Shown: piece after piece, positions 38,417-47,847 of the stretch
Numbering within the stretch: the stretch's first letter is position 1
How the letters are laid out: every line of letters begins with the position of its first letter
DNA from: Acidobacteriota bacterium
Lineage (GTDB): Bacteria > Actinomycetota > Acidimicrobiia > Spongiisociales > UBA5794
NCBI GenBank assembly: GCA_022562055.1
Contig: JADFQA010000007.1
Coordinates: 3,680-67,679 of the forward strand
Length of the DNA stretch: 64,000 nt
Direction: 5' to 3'
The notes under the pieces: generated by a model
Database searches by the model: none
Told to the model about the DNA's origin: nothing
What the model saw: the letters and a program-made list of their open reading frames with translations, nothing else
Position numbers and translations under genes: made by a program

Positions 38417-39657
38417 GTCAGGTGGTACTCCGGTGAGTTGATCGCAAGAGCGAGTCGGGTTGTGGCGTCGGGGGCGTTGTCAAGCACGCTGATCGTGTTC
38501 GACGAGATGTCGAACAGGCCGAGCCGGCCAAGGATGTCTGCCGACGACAGGTCGCCCCGTATATCTGTGGCGACGCCGGCAAGATCGAAGGCATGGACCA
38601 GGGCGAACGGGTTTAGGAGAGCGTCGCCGCCGAGAAACCCGGCGACGTTCGGCGGGCTAAAAGGGAGATAGTTGACCCGTTCCAGGGAACGGGCGAGGAA
38701 TCGCAGCTCGACTCCTTCGCCGAAACCTTGGAGAATCCCGACGGCGGCTTCGAACGGTGTACGTATCTTGATGCCAATCACGTCGTCGTCGAGGAACTCC
38801 GCGGATGTCACGATCGCCGTCACCAACGGCAGGATCTCGTAGTCTGTAGCAAAGTCGTCGCTCAGCCGGTCGAGTGTTGCAGTACTGGGCCACGCACCGA
38901 CCAGTTCTCGGTAGAGCTTCTGCGTAATGTTCCGTGCGGTCATGGGGTGATCGAGCAGAATATCGATGGCCTCGGTTGAGCCGTGTCTGCCGGTCACGCC
39001 GAGGTAGGTTTTCTCGCCGTCGTCGTGGAACTCGGGTACGAGTTGGCTTTGCCAGATCTCGACCGAGAACAGGTCACGACTACGTCTAGCCGGGCGGTTG
39101 ATGACCCAACCGGAAAACGCCCGCGAGGCCTCAATAACGTCCTGTTCCGTGTAGTTACCGCGGCCGATAGTGAAGAGTTCCATGACTTCGCGGCCGTAGT
39201 TTTCGTTGATAGAGCCGGCGCGGTTCTCGACTCCGTCGAGGAACATCAGCATTGCAGGGTCGATGGTGATTGCGTGGAGTAGGTCGGCGAAACTGCCGAG
39301 GGCGAGATCTCTGACGAGCAGGTGCTGTTGCAACATCAACCAACCGACATTCACCTTGCGCGCCCCGGTTGCGAAGTGGTCATGCCAAAACCAAGCCATG
39401 CGCTCCTCGAGCGGGTCACGACCGGACGTGAGCTCGGCGAACAAATACCGTAAGGGGGCCTGGCGCTGCTCGCGAGTCTTGGCTTGTTCGAATGTTTGGG
39501 GGGCGTCTACTTCGGGGGTGTGGCGGACAGGGCGTGATCGGTCGAGCAGCCCATCAATTGCCGCTTGCGGGTCTGAGTACCCGCCGAGCTCCGCTCCGCC
39601 GCTGCCGACACCTATCCGCCGCATGACATGGCTGATTTGTTCGTTTTTGCTTGCCAT
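38413..39657 (-). CDS. DUF1800 family protein, coupled to DUF1501
   Basis: NENYGREVMELFTIGRGNYTEQDVIEASRAFSGW is the hallmark DUF1800 block. The stop overlaps the DUF1501 start by 4 nt. ATG at 39657. Confidence 0.8.
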   Translation of the reverse strand: MASKNEQISHVMRRIGVGSGGAELGGYSDPQAAIDGLLDRSRPVRHTPEVDAPQTFEQAKTREQRQAPLRYLFAELTSGRDPLEERMAWFWHDHFATGARKVNVGWLMLQQHLLVRDLALGSFADLLHAITIDPAMLMFLDGVENRAGSINENYGREVMELFTIGRGNYTEQDVIEASRAFSGWVINRPARRSRDLFSVEIWQSQLVPEFHDDGEKTYLGVTGRHGSTEAIDILLDHPMTARNITQKLYRELVGAWPSTATLDRLSDDFATDYEILPLVTAIVTSAEFLDDDVIGIKIRTPFEAAVGILQGFGEGVELRFLARSLERVNYLPFSPPNVAGFLGGDALLNPFALVHAFDLAGVATDIRGDLSSADILGRLGLFDISSNTISVLDNAPDATTRLALAINSPEYHLT

Positions 39658-39679
39658 ACTTGTCTCGGCGTTGTTCGTG

Positions 39680-39777
39680 GGAGACGGCCGCTCCGCACTT
39701 GACCTGTTCGATCTTGTCGCCCAAGGGAGGAGGGTCCGTGACGGAGTGTCGCGACAATGTGCGGTGCGGCCGTCTCC
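39680..39777. repeat. Long-range inverted repeat (perfect 12-bp arms GGAGACGGCCGC / GCGGCCGTCTCC, extended to about 22 nt with mismatches) flanking a 74-nt spacer
   Basis: Found by eye in the DUF1800/PEBP divergent intergenic region. Confidence 0.5.
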
Positions 39778-39904
39778 GGTTGCGTTGTTGACAACAGTGT
39801 GGCTCACACATGTACGAAGAGTGTGTGTGCGGTGTTGTTTGTGTATTTGCGACCCACCACGACTGGCGGGCTAAGGTCGTTGGCGCGCACAACGGAGGTC
39901 CAAC

Positions 39905-40528
39905 ATGAAATTAACGAGCTCGTCGTTCACCGATGGGGGGAAGATACCGCCAGCGCTTGCCCTTGCGGTGCCGGCGGATCCCGGCCCAGTCGCTTTCAGC
40001 GGCAATCGAAACCCTCATCTAGCTTGGACCGAGGTACCGACGGGCACGGGTTCGTTTGTCGTGACGTGTATCGACCATGACTGTCCCAGCGAACCCGACG
40101 ACGTGAACCAACCCGACAGAGAGGTGCCTTCACTACTCGCACGCGTCGACTTCACGCACTGGCTACTCGCCAACATCCCTGCGTCGGTTGTCGAGATCTC
40201 CGAAGGCGCTCACTCCGATGGGGTTACCGAGCGTGGTAAGGCGGCTGACGCGGCGCCCATCGGTGTCCACGGCCAGAACGACTACACAGGCTGGTTTGCA
40301 GGAGACCCCGATCTCGAAGGACACTGGAACGGTTACGACGGAAGCGCACCGCCGTGGAACGACTCAATTGTGCATCACTACGAGTTCACCGTATTTGCGC
40401 TCGACGTCGAGGCGCTTCACCTGGACCCCGGGTTCACGCGCGACGAGTTACGCGAGGCAATGAAGGGGCACATCCTCGACCGGTCGTCGATGATCGGCCT
40501 GTATTCGTCAAACCCCAGACTCCACTGA
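39905..40528 (+). CDS. YbhB/YbcL family PEBP (Raf-kinase-inhibitor-like) protein
   Basis: MKLTSSSFTDGGKIP...NPHLAW N-terminus and HWLLANIP motif characteristic of bacterial PEBP. GGAGGT RBS. Confidence 0.8.
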   Translation: MKLTSSSFTDGGKIPPALALAVPADPGPVAFSGNRNPHLAWTEVPTGTGSFVVTCIDHDCPSEPDDVNQPDREVPSLLARVDFTHWLLANIPASVVEISEGAHSDGVTERGKAADAAPIGVHGQNDYTGWFAGDPDLEGHWNGYDGSAPPWNDSIVHHYEFTVFALDVEALHLDPGFTRDELREAMKGHILDRSSMIGLYSSNPRLH

Positions 40529-40600
40529 TACTCTCCGCGAATGAAGCCGGATCGTGTCATCCGTGTCTGCTAGGAACGCGGCAGCGAAGCCACGAACCCA

Positions 40601-40640
40601 GGGGAGAGAGGTGGAACCCGTTCGATACCACCCCTCTCCC
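40601..40640. terminator. Candidate bidirectional intrinsic terminator hairpin between convergent genes
   Basis: 13-bp stem (12 paired, one A-C mismatch) GGGAGAGAGGTGG / CCACCCCTCTCCC with a 13-nt loop. No clear U-tract. Confidence 0.45.
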
Positions 40641-40703
40641 GTCGCTCCGGCACTGGCTACAGATCCGGTGCGAAGCATTTGCTGAGGTCGGCTGCGGTCT
40701 CGG

Positions 40704-41990
40704 TCAGAACTGAGCCTCCTCGGTCGACCCCGCCAGGGCGAGCGTCGATGACGATCCACCGGAGATGACCTGGGCGACCGTGTCGAAGTATCCCGCCCCG
40801 ACCTCGCGCTGGTGCCGTGTAGCTGTGTAGCCGTCGCCCTCCATGGAGAACTCGTCTGTTTGTAGCTCGACGTATGCGCTCATGCCACGGGTGGCGTATC
40901 CGTTTGCTAGTTCGAACATGGAGGCGTTGAGAGCATGGAACCCCGCAAGCGTGATGAACTGGAACGCATATCCCATTGCGCCAAGTTCTTTCTGGAACCT
41001 CGCAATGGTGCTGTCGTCGAGATGCGCCCGCCAGTTGAACGATGGGGAACAGTTGTACGCCAACATCTTGTCGGGGTATTCAGCTTTGATGGCCGCGGCG
41101 AAACGGGCCGCGACATCTAGGTCAGGTGCGCTTGTCTCGCACCAGATCAGATCGGAGAAGGGAGCAAAGGCGAGACCCCGTTTGATGGAGGCTTCCAGAC
41201 ATGGTCTGGTGTAGAAGAACCCCTCGGGTGTGCGTTCGCCGGTCAAGAACTCTCGGTCGCTTTCGTCGACGTCGCTGGTGACGAGGTTGGCGCCAAGCGA
41301 GTCTGTGCGGGCGATGATGAGCGTCGAAACCCCCGACACGTCGGCTGCCAGCCGGGCGGCGGTGAGCGTGCGGATGTGTTGCTGGGTAGGCACCAGCACC
41401 TTGCCGCCCATGTGGCCACACTTCTTCTCAGCTGCAAGCTGATCTTCGTAGTGCACCGCAGCGGCGCCTGCCTTGATGTAGCTCTTGGCGAGTTCGAAGG
41501 CGTTGAGCTGGCCGCCGAATCCGGCTTCTGCGTCGGCGACAATCGGCACGAACCACTCGCGGCCGCCAGACTTGCCGTTGCTCTCTGACCACTCGATTTG
41601 ATCGGCCCGCTGCAGGGCGTTGTTGATGCGGCGCACCAGAGCCGGTCCTGAGTTTGCCGGGTACAGCGACTGATCGGGGTACACCTCTTCTGCAATGTTG
41701 GCATCGCCGGCGACCTGCCAGCCTGACAGGTAAATTGCTTTGAGACCCGCCTTCACCATCTGGACCGCCTGGCCGCCCGAAAGCGCCCCAAGTGCGTGCA
41801 CGTAGGCCTCAGATTTCATGAGCTTCCAAAGCTGTTCGGCGCCACGTTTTGCGAGCGTGTGCTCAATCGTCACAGACCCCTGCAAGCGGACGACGTCCTG
41901 CGCGCTGTAGGTGCGTTCCACATCGTTCCACCGTGGTGATGAATGCCACTCGTTTTCGAGGCTGGCGGCCCGCCGTTCTGCTGTTGTCAT
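40704..41990 (-). CDS. aceA: Isocitrate lyase
   Basis: [13 protein letters not shown] signature and surrounding ICL family sequence; 428 aa. Its start overlaps the aceB stop by 4 nt. Confidence 0.9.
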   Translation of the reverse strand: MTTAERRAASLENEWHSSPRWNDVERTYSAQDVVRLQGSVTIEHTLAKRGAEQLWKLMKSEAYVHALGALSGGQAVQMVKAGLKAIYLSGWQVAGDANIAEEVYPDQSLYPANSGPALVRRINNALQRADQIEWSESNGKSGGREWFVPIVADAEAGFGGQLNAFELAKSYIKAGAAAVHYEDQLAAEKKCGHMGGKVLVPTQQHIRTLTAARLAADVSGVSTLIIARTDSLGANLVTSDVDESDREFLTGERTPEGFFYTRPCLEASIKRGLAFAPFSDLIWCETSAPDLDVAARFAAAIKAEYPDKMLAYNCSPSFNWRAHLDDSTIARFQKELGAMGYAFQFITLAGFHALNASMFELANGYATRGMSAYVELQTDEFSMEGDGYTATRHQREVGAGYFDTVAQVISGGSSSTLALAGSTEEAQF

Positions 41991-43600
41991 GGTGTTTCCT
42001 TCCAGTGAACCAGTTCGGACTCAAGGAGGTCGTACGCGGGTAGCGTGAGGAACTCGGGGAAGTCCTCGGCAAGAGCAACCGTGTCGAGGAGCTGGGCAGC
42101 TTCGGCGAACCTGCCATCGACGAATCGTTGTTCCCCGACCTCGCTGCGGATCGCCCGCAGCTCTTCTTCGGCGATGTCACGAACCATCTTTCGGGTGACC
42201 ATCCGGCCGTCCTCGAGCGGTGCGCCGTGTCTGGTCCACTGCCAAAGCTGCGACCTGCTGATCTCGGCTGTTGCGGCGTCTTCCATGAGGTTGTAGATCG
42301 CCGCGGCACCATTGCCACTCAGCCATGACGCCAGGTAGCGTATTGCGACATCCACGTTGGTTCGGACCCCTTGCTCGGTCACCGACCCACCGGGGACGTC
42401 GAAGGTGATGAGGTCCGATTGGGTGACGTGCACCTCAGTGCGCCGGCGCGTGACCTGGTTCGGCTTCGACCCGAGGGTTTTGGCGAAGATATCAGTGGCC
42501 AGCGGCACGAGATCGGGGTGGGCAACCCAGGTGCCGTCGTGGCCGGCCTTTGCCTCGCGTTCCTTGTCCTGACGAACCTTGGCGAACGCCCGTTTGTTGA
42601 CACGCTCGTCACGCCGAGATGGAATGAACGCACTCATGCCGCCCATGGCGTGCGCACCCCGGCGATGACACGTTGCGATGAGGAGATCGGTGTAGGAGCA
42701 CATGAAAGGCACCGTCATCGAGATGTCTGCGCGGTCGGGGAAGACGCTCTCCGGTCGGTTGCGAAACTTCTTTATGACTGAGAAGATGTAATCCCAGCGG
42801 CCGGCATTGAGACCCGCCGAGTGCTCACGTAGTTCGTAGAGGATTTCATCCATTTCGAACGCCGCCAATATGGTCTCGATCAGTACGGTTGCTTTGATGG
42901 TACCTCTGGGGAGCCCCAGAGCCTCCTGCGAGAACACGAAGACATCGTTCCACAACCGCGCTTCGAGGTGGCTCTCGAGCTTTGGCAGGTAGAAGTAGGG
43001 ACCAGAACCGGTTGCAACAAGGTGCTTGGCGTTGTTGAACAGCATAATTGCGAAGTCGAAGAGGCTTCCTGACACTGGTTCGTTGTCGACCAGCATGTGT
43101 TTTTCGCTCAGGTGCCAGCCTCGAGGACGAACCATGAGTGTTGCGGTGGTGTCGTTCAACGAGTAGTGCTTGCCGCGATGGTCGGTGAGTTCAAGATCCC
43201 GGCGCACAGCGTCGTACAGGTTGCGCTGCGCGATTGTGACGTTTTCCCAGGTTGGCGACATGGAATCCTCGAGATCTGCCATGAACACCTTCGCCCCGGA
43301 GTTAAACGCGTTGATCATCATTTTCCGGTCGCACGGTCCGGTGATTTCGCAGCGTCGATCCTGGAGATCCTGCGGAGCGGGTGCAACGGTCCACGTACCG
43401 GCTCGGATCAAGGCGGTCTCGGCAAGAAAATCCGGATCTTCGCCCGCGTCAAGCGAGGCCTGGCGATCAACTCTCGCGGCGAGAAGGGATAGCCGCGTCG
43501 GGTTGAATCGCCGATGTAGCAGCTCGACGAACCCCAGGGCGTCGTCGGTAACCATCGATCGTGCCTGTGCCGGAATGTCGGCGGTGAGCCGGAATGCCAT
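41987..43600 (-). CDS. aceB: Malate synthase A
   Basis: 537 aa. Conserved malate synthase A blocks ([35 protein letters not shown]-terminal [21 protein letters not shown]). Confidence 0.9.
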   Translation of the reverse strand: MAFRLTADIPAQARSMVTDDALGFVELLHRRFNPTRLSLLAARVDRQASLDAGEDPDFLAETALIRAGTWTVAPAPQDLQDRRCEITGPCDRKMMINAFNSGAKVFMADLEDSMSPTWENVTIAQRNLYDAVRRDLELTDHRGKHYSLNDTTATLMVRPRGWHLSEKHMLVDNEPVSGSLFDFAIMLFNNAKHLVATGSGPYFYLPKLESHLEARLWNDVFVFSQEALGLPRGTIKATVLIETILAAFEMDEILYELREHSAGLNAGRWDYIFSVIKKFRNRPESVFPDRADISMTVPFMCSYTDLLIATCHRRGAHAMGGMSAFIPSRRDERVNKRAFAKVRQDKEREAKAGHDGTWVAHPDLVPLATDIFAKTLGSKPNQVTRRRTEVHVTQSDLITFDVPGGSVTEQGVRTNVDVAIRYLASWLSGNGAAAIYNLMEDAATAEISRSQLWQWTRHGAPLEDGRMVTRKMVRDIAEEELRAIRSEVGEQRFVDGRFAEAAQLLDTVALAEDFPEFLTLPAYDLLESELVHWKETP

Positions 43601-43665
43601 CGACCCGTCCTTTCGTATGCGTCACGACAGCATGCAGGGTCGGATCGAGTCTCGCCACGACAAAA

Positions 43666-43678
43666 CATCTAAAAGATG
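43666..43678. promoter_or_regulatory. AT-rich palindrome CATCTAAAAGATG in the aceB/ramB divergent promoter region (candidate operator)
   Basis: Perfect 5-bp arms with a 3-nt spacer, embedded in an unusually AT-rich stretch (43660-43690) 16 nt upstream of the ramB start codon. Confidence 0.35.
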
Positions 43679-43693
43679 GTTAATCTTGTCGCC

Positions 43694-45163
43694 ATGAGTA
43701 AAACCGAGGCTTCAAATCAGGCCGATCTTTTCGACACGCTTCTTGTGGGACGCCAGATTCGCTTTGCACGGACCTGTGCCGGGCTTACGCTTGACGATCT
43801 CAGCGCCAAGGTAGGTCGATCAGCGCCGTTCCTGTCGCAGCTCGAAAACGGCAAGAAAGAGGTGAGTCTCAGCTTGCTGAATCAGCTTGCGGGCGCGCTT
43901 AGCGTCCCCGCCCGCGATCTGCTCGACTCGTCACCTCCGACCCGACGCGACGAGCTTGAGATCGCCGTCGAACTCGCCCAGCGCGACCCGTTATATCAGG
44001 GATTCGGGCTGGCAAGATTCAAGCCTTCGGCGAAGATTCCCGACATTGCACTTGAGCACATCGTCAGGCTGTACGACGAGCTTCGCGGACGATCGATCCC
44101 GAACATCGTGACGCGCGAAGAGGCACGCATCGCCAACTCAGAACTCAGGGGTGTCATGCGCGAGCGTGGAAACTACTTCGGCGACATCGAGAAGATTGCG
44201 CGAGATGTGGTGAAGGCCATCGGGTACTCCGGTTCGGGGGCGCTGAGTCAGGGTGACATTGACGACCTCGCCAAACATCTCGGATTCACCGTCCACCGCA
44301 GCCAAACAGTTCCTGCGTCGGTGCGGTCACTGACGGACCTGCGCCACAAGAGGATCTACATAGCGCAGCGCGATGCCCTCGACAACATCGGGGCCCGCAG
44401 CGTGATACTGCAGACCCTGGGGACGTTTGCGCTCGGTCACAAACCGCCGAAGGACTTCACAGAGTTTCTCCGCCAACGGGTCGAAACGAACTACTTTGCC
44501 GGCGCTGCGCTGCTTCCCGAGGTGGCGGTTGTACCAGTTCTCCAGAGGGCGAAAAATGACCGTGATCTCTCGATTCAAGACATGAAAGACGTGTATTCGG
44601 TGTCTTTCGAGATGGCTGCCCATCGTTTCACCAACCTCGCCACCGAGCATCTTGACCTGCTTGTCCACTTCGTTCGCTCGGACGAAGAAGGCATCATCTG
44701 GAAAGCGTACGAGAACAACGACGTCCCCTTCCCGCAGAACTCAGTTGGCGCCATTGAAGGGCAACGATTGTGCCGGGAGTGGGGAACAAGGCAGGCGTTC
44801 CACTCTGCGGACAAGTTCGCTATCCACTACCAGTACACCGATACCGACGTCGGGACGTGGTGGTGTGGGACGCACGTCGAGGCAGGGCGAGATCCTCTGA
44901 GTGCCATCACCGTCGGAGTTCGTTTTGACGACGCCAAGTTCTTCAGAGGTCACGACACCGATCGTCATTCAGTGTCCCGGTGTCCCGATGGCAACTGTTG
45001 TCGTCGGCCATCGGACGCGCTGGCGGCGAGGTGGGATTCGTACGCGCTGCCTTCGGTGCGCCCGAACTCACATGTGCTTGCCGCAATGCCGGTCGAGACG
45101 ATTCCCGGGGTTGATATAGCTGAGATGTACGAATTCTTGGAACGCAACGCTCCGCACGTCTGA
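43694..45163 (+). CDS. ramB: RamB-like regulator of acetate metabolism (XRE-family HTH fused to a short-chain-acyl-CoA regulator domain), divergent from aceB-aceA
   Basis: N-terminal XRE HTH (LVGRQIRFARTCAGLTLDDLSAKVGRSAPFLSQLENGKK); large C-terminal domain with a Cys cluster (CPDGNCC). Position divergent from aceBA matches the known ramB-icl arrangement in Corynebacterium and Mycobacterium. Confidence 0.65.
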   Translation: MSKTEASNQADLFDTLLVGRQIRFARTCAGLTLDDLSAKVGRSAPFLSQLENGKKEVSLSLLNQLAGALSVPARDLLDSSPPTRRDELEIAVELAQRDPLYQGFGLARFKPSAKIPDIALEHIVRLYDELRGRSIPNIVTREEARIANSELRGVMRERGNYFGDIEKIARDVVKAIGYSGSGALSQGDIDDLAKHLGFTVHRSQTVPASVRSLTDLRHKRIYIAQRDALDNIGARSVILQTLGTFALGHKPPKDFTEFLRQRVETNYFAGAALLPEVAVVPVLQRAKNDRDLSIQDMKDVYSVSFEMAAHRFTNLATEHLDLLVHFVRSDEEGIIWKAYENNDVPFPQNSVGAIEGQRLCREWGTRQAFHSADKFAIHYQYTDTDVGTWWCGTHVEAGRDPLSAITVGVRFDDAKFFRGHDTDRHSVSRCPDGNCCRRPSDALAARWDSYALPSVRPNSHVLAAMPVETIPGVDIAEMYEFLERNAPHV

Positions 45164-45237
45164 CTGCTCGTGTCGGCATCCGATCGTGCGGCATTTCGTG
45201 ACGGTCTCTATCGGACGCCAAGGCCCGGGGCCTGTCG

Positions 45238-46446
45238 TCAGGACTCGACGGGCGCTCGGATGATTCTGCGCAGCTCTCCTTCGGCGTTAATCACGAGAAT
45301 CTCGCCGTTGTTGTCAACGCCGAAGCTCGTGATCATGCCGAGGCGGCCGAGGTCGCTCTCCCATGAGCGAAGCTGGGTTGCTTCTCCGTCGACCATCTTG
45401 AGGGTGCGTACCCAGCCGATGCAAAAGTCGCCGTACACATAGTGGCCCCAAAGCTCGGGCAGTGCGTCACCAAAGTACACCGGGCCACCGATGAGTGAAC
45501 AAATGTATTCGTGGAATATCGGGATGGTGGGCTCGGCGAGGCCGGTTCGGTCACACGACTCGGCTTCGTAACATTGCGGTCCCTCCACAATGGGCCACCC
45601 AAAATTGGTCCCACCAGCAGTCGACAACGCAAGCACATTGACCTCTTCCCAGCCCTCTTGTCCGACGTCCGTTACGTAGAGTTCGTCGGTTGCGACATCA
45701 AAAGCGATCCGCCACGGGTTTCTCAGGCCCATCAGGAATAGTTCCGGGGCGCCGCCGCCTTGCGCGAACGGGTTGTCTGGAGGGATGGCATACGGATCGC
45801 CGCTGTCTATATCGAGGCGCACGATGCCACCGAGCAGGGTGTCAGCGTTTTGTGCGTTTTGGAACTGGTCGGAGATCCCTCCGCCATCACCAAAAGTGAG
45901 GTAGAGATATCCGTCGGGGCCGAAAATCAGTTGACCGCCGTTGTGGTATTGGTGGGGCTGGTCCTGGCGCAGAACCGTTTTCTCGAACTGAGCGCTGGTG
46001 ATGCTGCTGCGTGAGTACTCAAGCAGTTGGCTGTTCCCGGCAGTGTCGGTGAAGTACACAAACGAACGTCCGTTGTTGGCGTAGTCGGGGTGTAGTGCAA
46101 AGCCGAGCAGACCTTGTTCGAGACCCTCTGTGGTGATGTCTTCGGCGAGATCGATGTAGGGCTCGTCAAGGACCGCACCGTTGTCGACGATGACGACCCG
46201 ACCTGTTTGCTCGACCACGAAGAGTCGATCGGTTCCCGGCTCAGCAACGACGGCGACGGGCGTCGACAGGCCGTCCGCAATCAACTCGGAACTGAGCTTC
46301 AAGGGCCCGTCGGCGACCGCGACGGGGGCGACTGGCGGGGTCGCGGGTGGCGCCGTTGTACCTGGGCCGGTTGAGATCTCGGTGGTTGAGGACCCGCACG
46401 CCGCAACGCCGACCGCAAACAATCCAATCAGGAACACTTGTTTCAT
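45238..46446 (-). CDS. PQQ-dependent soluble sugar (glucose/sorbosone) dehydrogenase lipoprotein
   Basis: Lipobox FAVGVAACGS. Beta-propeller sGDH family blocks (GLLGFALHPDY, GGQLIFGPDGYLY, RNPWR). ATG at 46446 located by hand. Confidence 0.8.
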   Translation of the reverse strand: MKQVFLIGLFAVGVAACGSSTTEISTGPGTTAPPATPPVAPVAVADGPLKLSSELIADGLSTPVAVVAEPGTDRLFVVEQTGRVVIVDNGAVLDEPYIDLAEDITTEGLEQGLLGFALHPDYANNGRSFVYFTDTAGNSQLLEYSRSSITSAQFEKTVLRQDQPHQYHNGGQLIFGPDGYLYLTFGDGGGISDQFQNAQNADTLLGGIVRLDIDSGDPYAIPPDNPFAQGGGAPELFLMGLRNPWRIAFDVATDELYVTDVGQEGWEEVNVLALSTAGGTNFGWPIVEGPQCYEAESCDRTGLAEPTIPIFHEYICSLIGGPVYFGDALPELWGHYVYGDFCIGWVRTLKMVDGEATQLRSWESDLGRLGMITSFGVDNNGEILVINAEGELRRIIRAPVES

Positions 46447-46594
46447 TTTCAGGAGGTTACCGACATCCGAGCGTTGTGAGTTTCGCGAGAGGGGAGCCGT
46501 GGTGAACAGCCAGTTTCGTTGGGTTTGAGCTTCCACCGTTTCTCCGGTCGCGTGGGAGTGGAGTACGGGGGGGATAGGCCGTAGGCTGGGAAGT

Positions 46595-47029
46595 ATGGAA
46601 GCTGTATTGGTGGCGGTCGATGTGCCGCTTGTGGGAGACGAACGGCATAAGAACTGGGCGAAGCTTGTCGAGAACGTCGATCCGAGCCAGTCGACCGGGT
46701 GGGCCTTTGAGGGGGAGTTCATTGCGGCCGGGGGAATCCAAGACGTGCCCGTGGGTGCGGTGCTGCTGGTATACGGGGAGCGTGGTTCGCGACAAAACCC
46801 GCACGGCGAGGGGCGGGTTTTCAGAGTGAACGGCGACGGCACCCTGACGCTGCGTGGACAAGCGAGCGGTCGCGCCTGGGCGCGGACGCTGCGCGACGAG
46901 GTGGCCGAGCTTCTCGATGAGGCATACGAACGCCCCATCGAGATGAAGGACTGGACGCCCGAATTGATGATGTTCACCGACACTGCCCTCAAAGAAGAGC
47001 TTCGGCGGCGCGACAAGGCGAAGACGTAG
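46595..47029 (+). CDS. Hypothetical protein
   Basis: 144-aa ORF ending 2 nt before the alpha/beta hydrolase start. No motif recognised. Confidence 0.45.
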   Translation: MEAVLVAVDVPLVGDERHKNWAKLVENVDPSQSTGWAFEGEFIAAGGIQDVPVGAVLLVYGERGSRQNPHGEGRVFRVNGDGTLTLRGQASGRAWARTLRDEVAELLDEAYERPIEMKDWTPELMMFTDTALKEELRRRDKAKT

Positions 47030-47031
47030 GT

Positions 47032-47829
47032 ATGGAAATTGTCGACACCGAACGCGGGCAGTTTGCGGTTAGGCGGAAGGGTGACGGGCCGACAGCGGTG
47101 TTTCTCCACGGGTTTCCGTTTGACTCCACAATGTGGCTCGACCAGATTTCTGGATTGAACGGTTTGGGTGAGCGCCTAGCCATCGACCTACGCGGGTATG
47201 GACGCTCCGAACCGATCCATGATGAGGTCGCAAACCTGGACGATCATGCGGGCGACGTTATTGCGGTGATCGACGCTCTGGGCATTCACAGAATGGATCT
47301 CATCGGGTTCTCGATGGGCGGCTACATCTCGTTGGCGATTGCGCAACGCTATCCCGACCGGCTCCGCTCGCTTGCCCTCGTCGACTCGAAAGCCGACGCA
47401 GACGCTCCCGCAGCCAAAGCGAACCGTGACACCGCAGCCCTGCGGGCGACGATCCAGGGCAGGGAGGCGTTGGCAATGGAGACTGTCGAACTGCTGCTTT
47501 CCCCCTCGGCCTCGTTGTTTGCCAAGGCCCGTCTTCGGTCAATGGTCGAAGCGTGCCCGTTTGAAACGATTGTGGCCGGTCAGGCTGGGCTGAAGCGCCG
47601 CCCGGATTGTCGGAAAGTCCTCGAATCGCTCACCGTGCCGTTCCTTGCTGTTGTTGGCGAAGATGATCGGATCACTCCACCAGAGCTTTCGGTTGCCATG
47701 GCCGACGCCGCCCCCGACGGTACGTCGGTGGTTGTTCCCGGTGCCGGTCACATGTCACCAATCGAGCAACCAGAGGCCGTCAATACAATCCTGCGCGACT
47801 GGCTCAAGACGGTCCGTTTGAACGTGTAG
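47032..47829 (+). CDS. Alpha/beta-fold hydrolase
   Basis: HGFPFD oxyanion region, GFSMGG nucleophile elbow, C-terminal GAGHMSPIEQP His motif. Confidence 0.8.
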   Translation: MEIVDTERGQFAVRRKGDGPTAVFLHGFPFDSTMWLDQISGLNGLGERLAIDLRGYGRSEPIHDEVANLDDHAGDVIAVIDALGIHRMDLIGFSMGGYISLAIAQRYPDRLRSLALVDSKADADAPAAKANRDTAALRATIQGREALAMETVELLLSPSASLFAKARLRSMVEACPFETIVAGQAGLKRRPDCRKVLESLTVPFLAVVGEDDRITPPELSVAMADAAPDGTSVVVPGAGHMSPIEQPEAVNTILRDWLKTVRLNV

Positions 47830-47847
47830 AACCGCTGCTGCGGGGCG

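Noticed and set aside
45163-45238. GGCCCGGGGCC palindrome between ramB and the PQQ dehydrogenase
   Set aside because: A 5-bp stem with a 2-nt loop is sterically implausible as a hairpin, and such short GC palindromes are frequent in GC-rich DNA.
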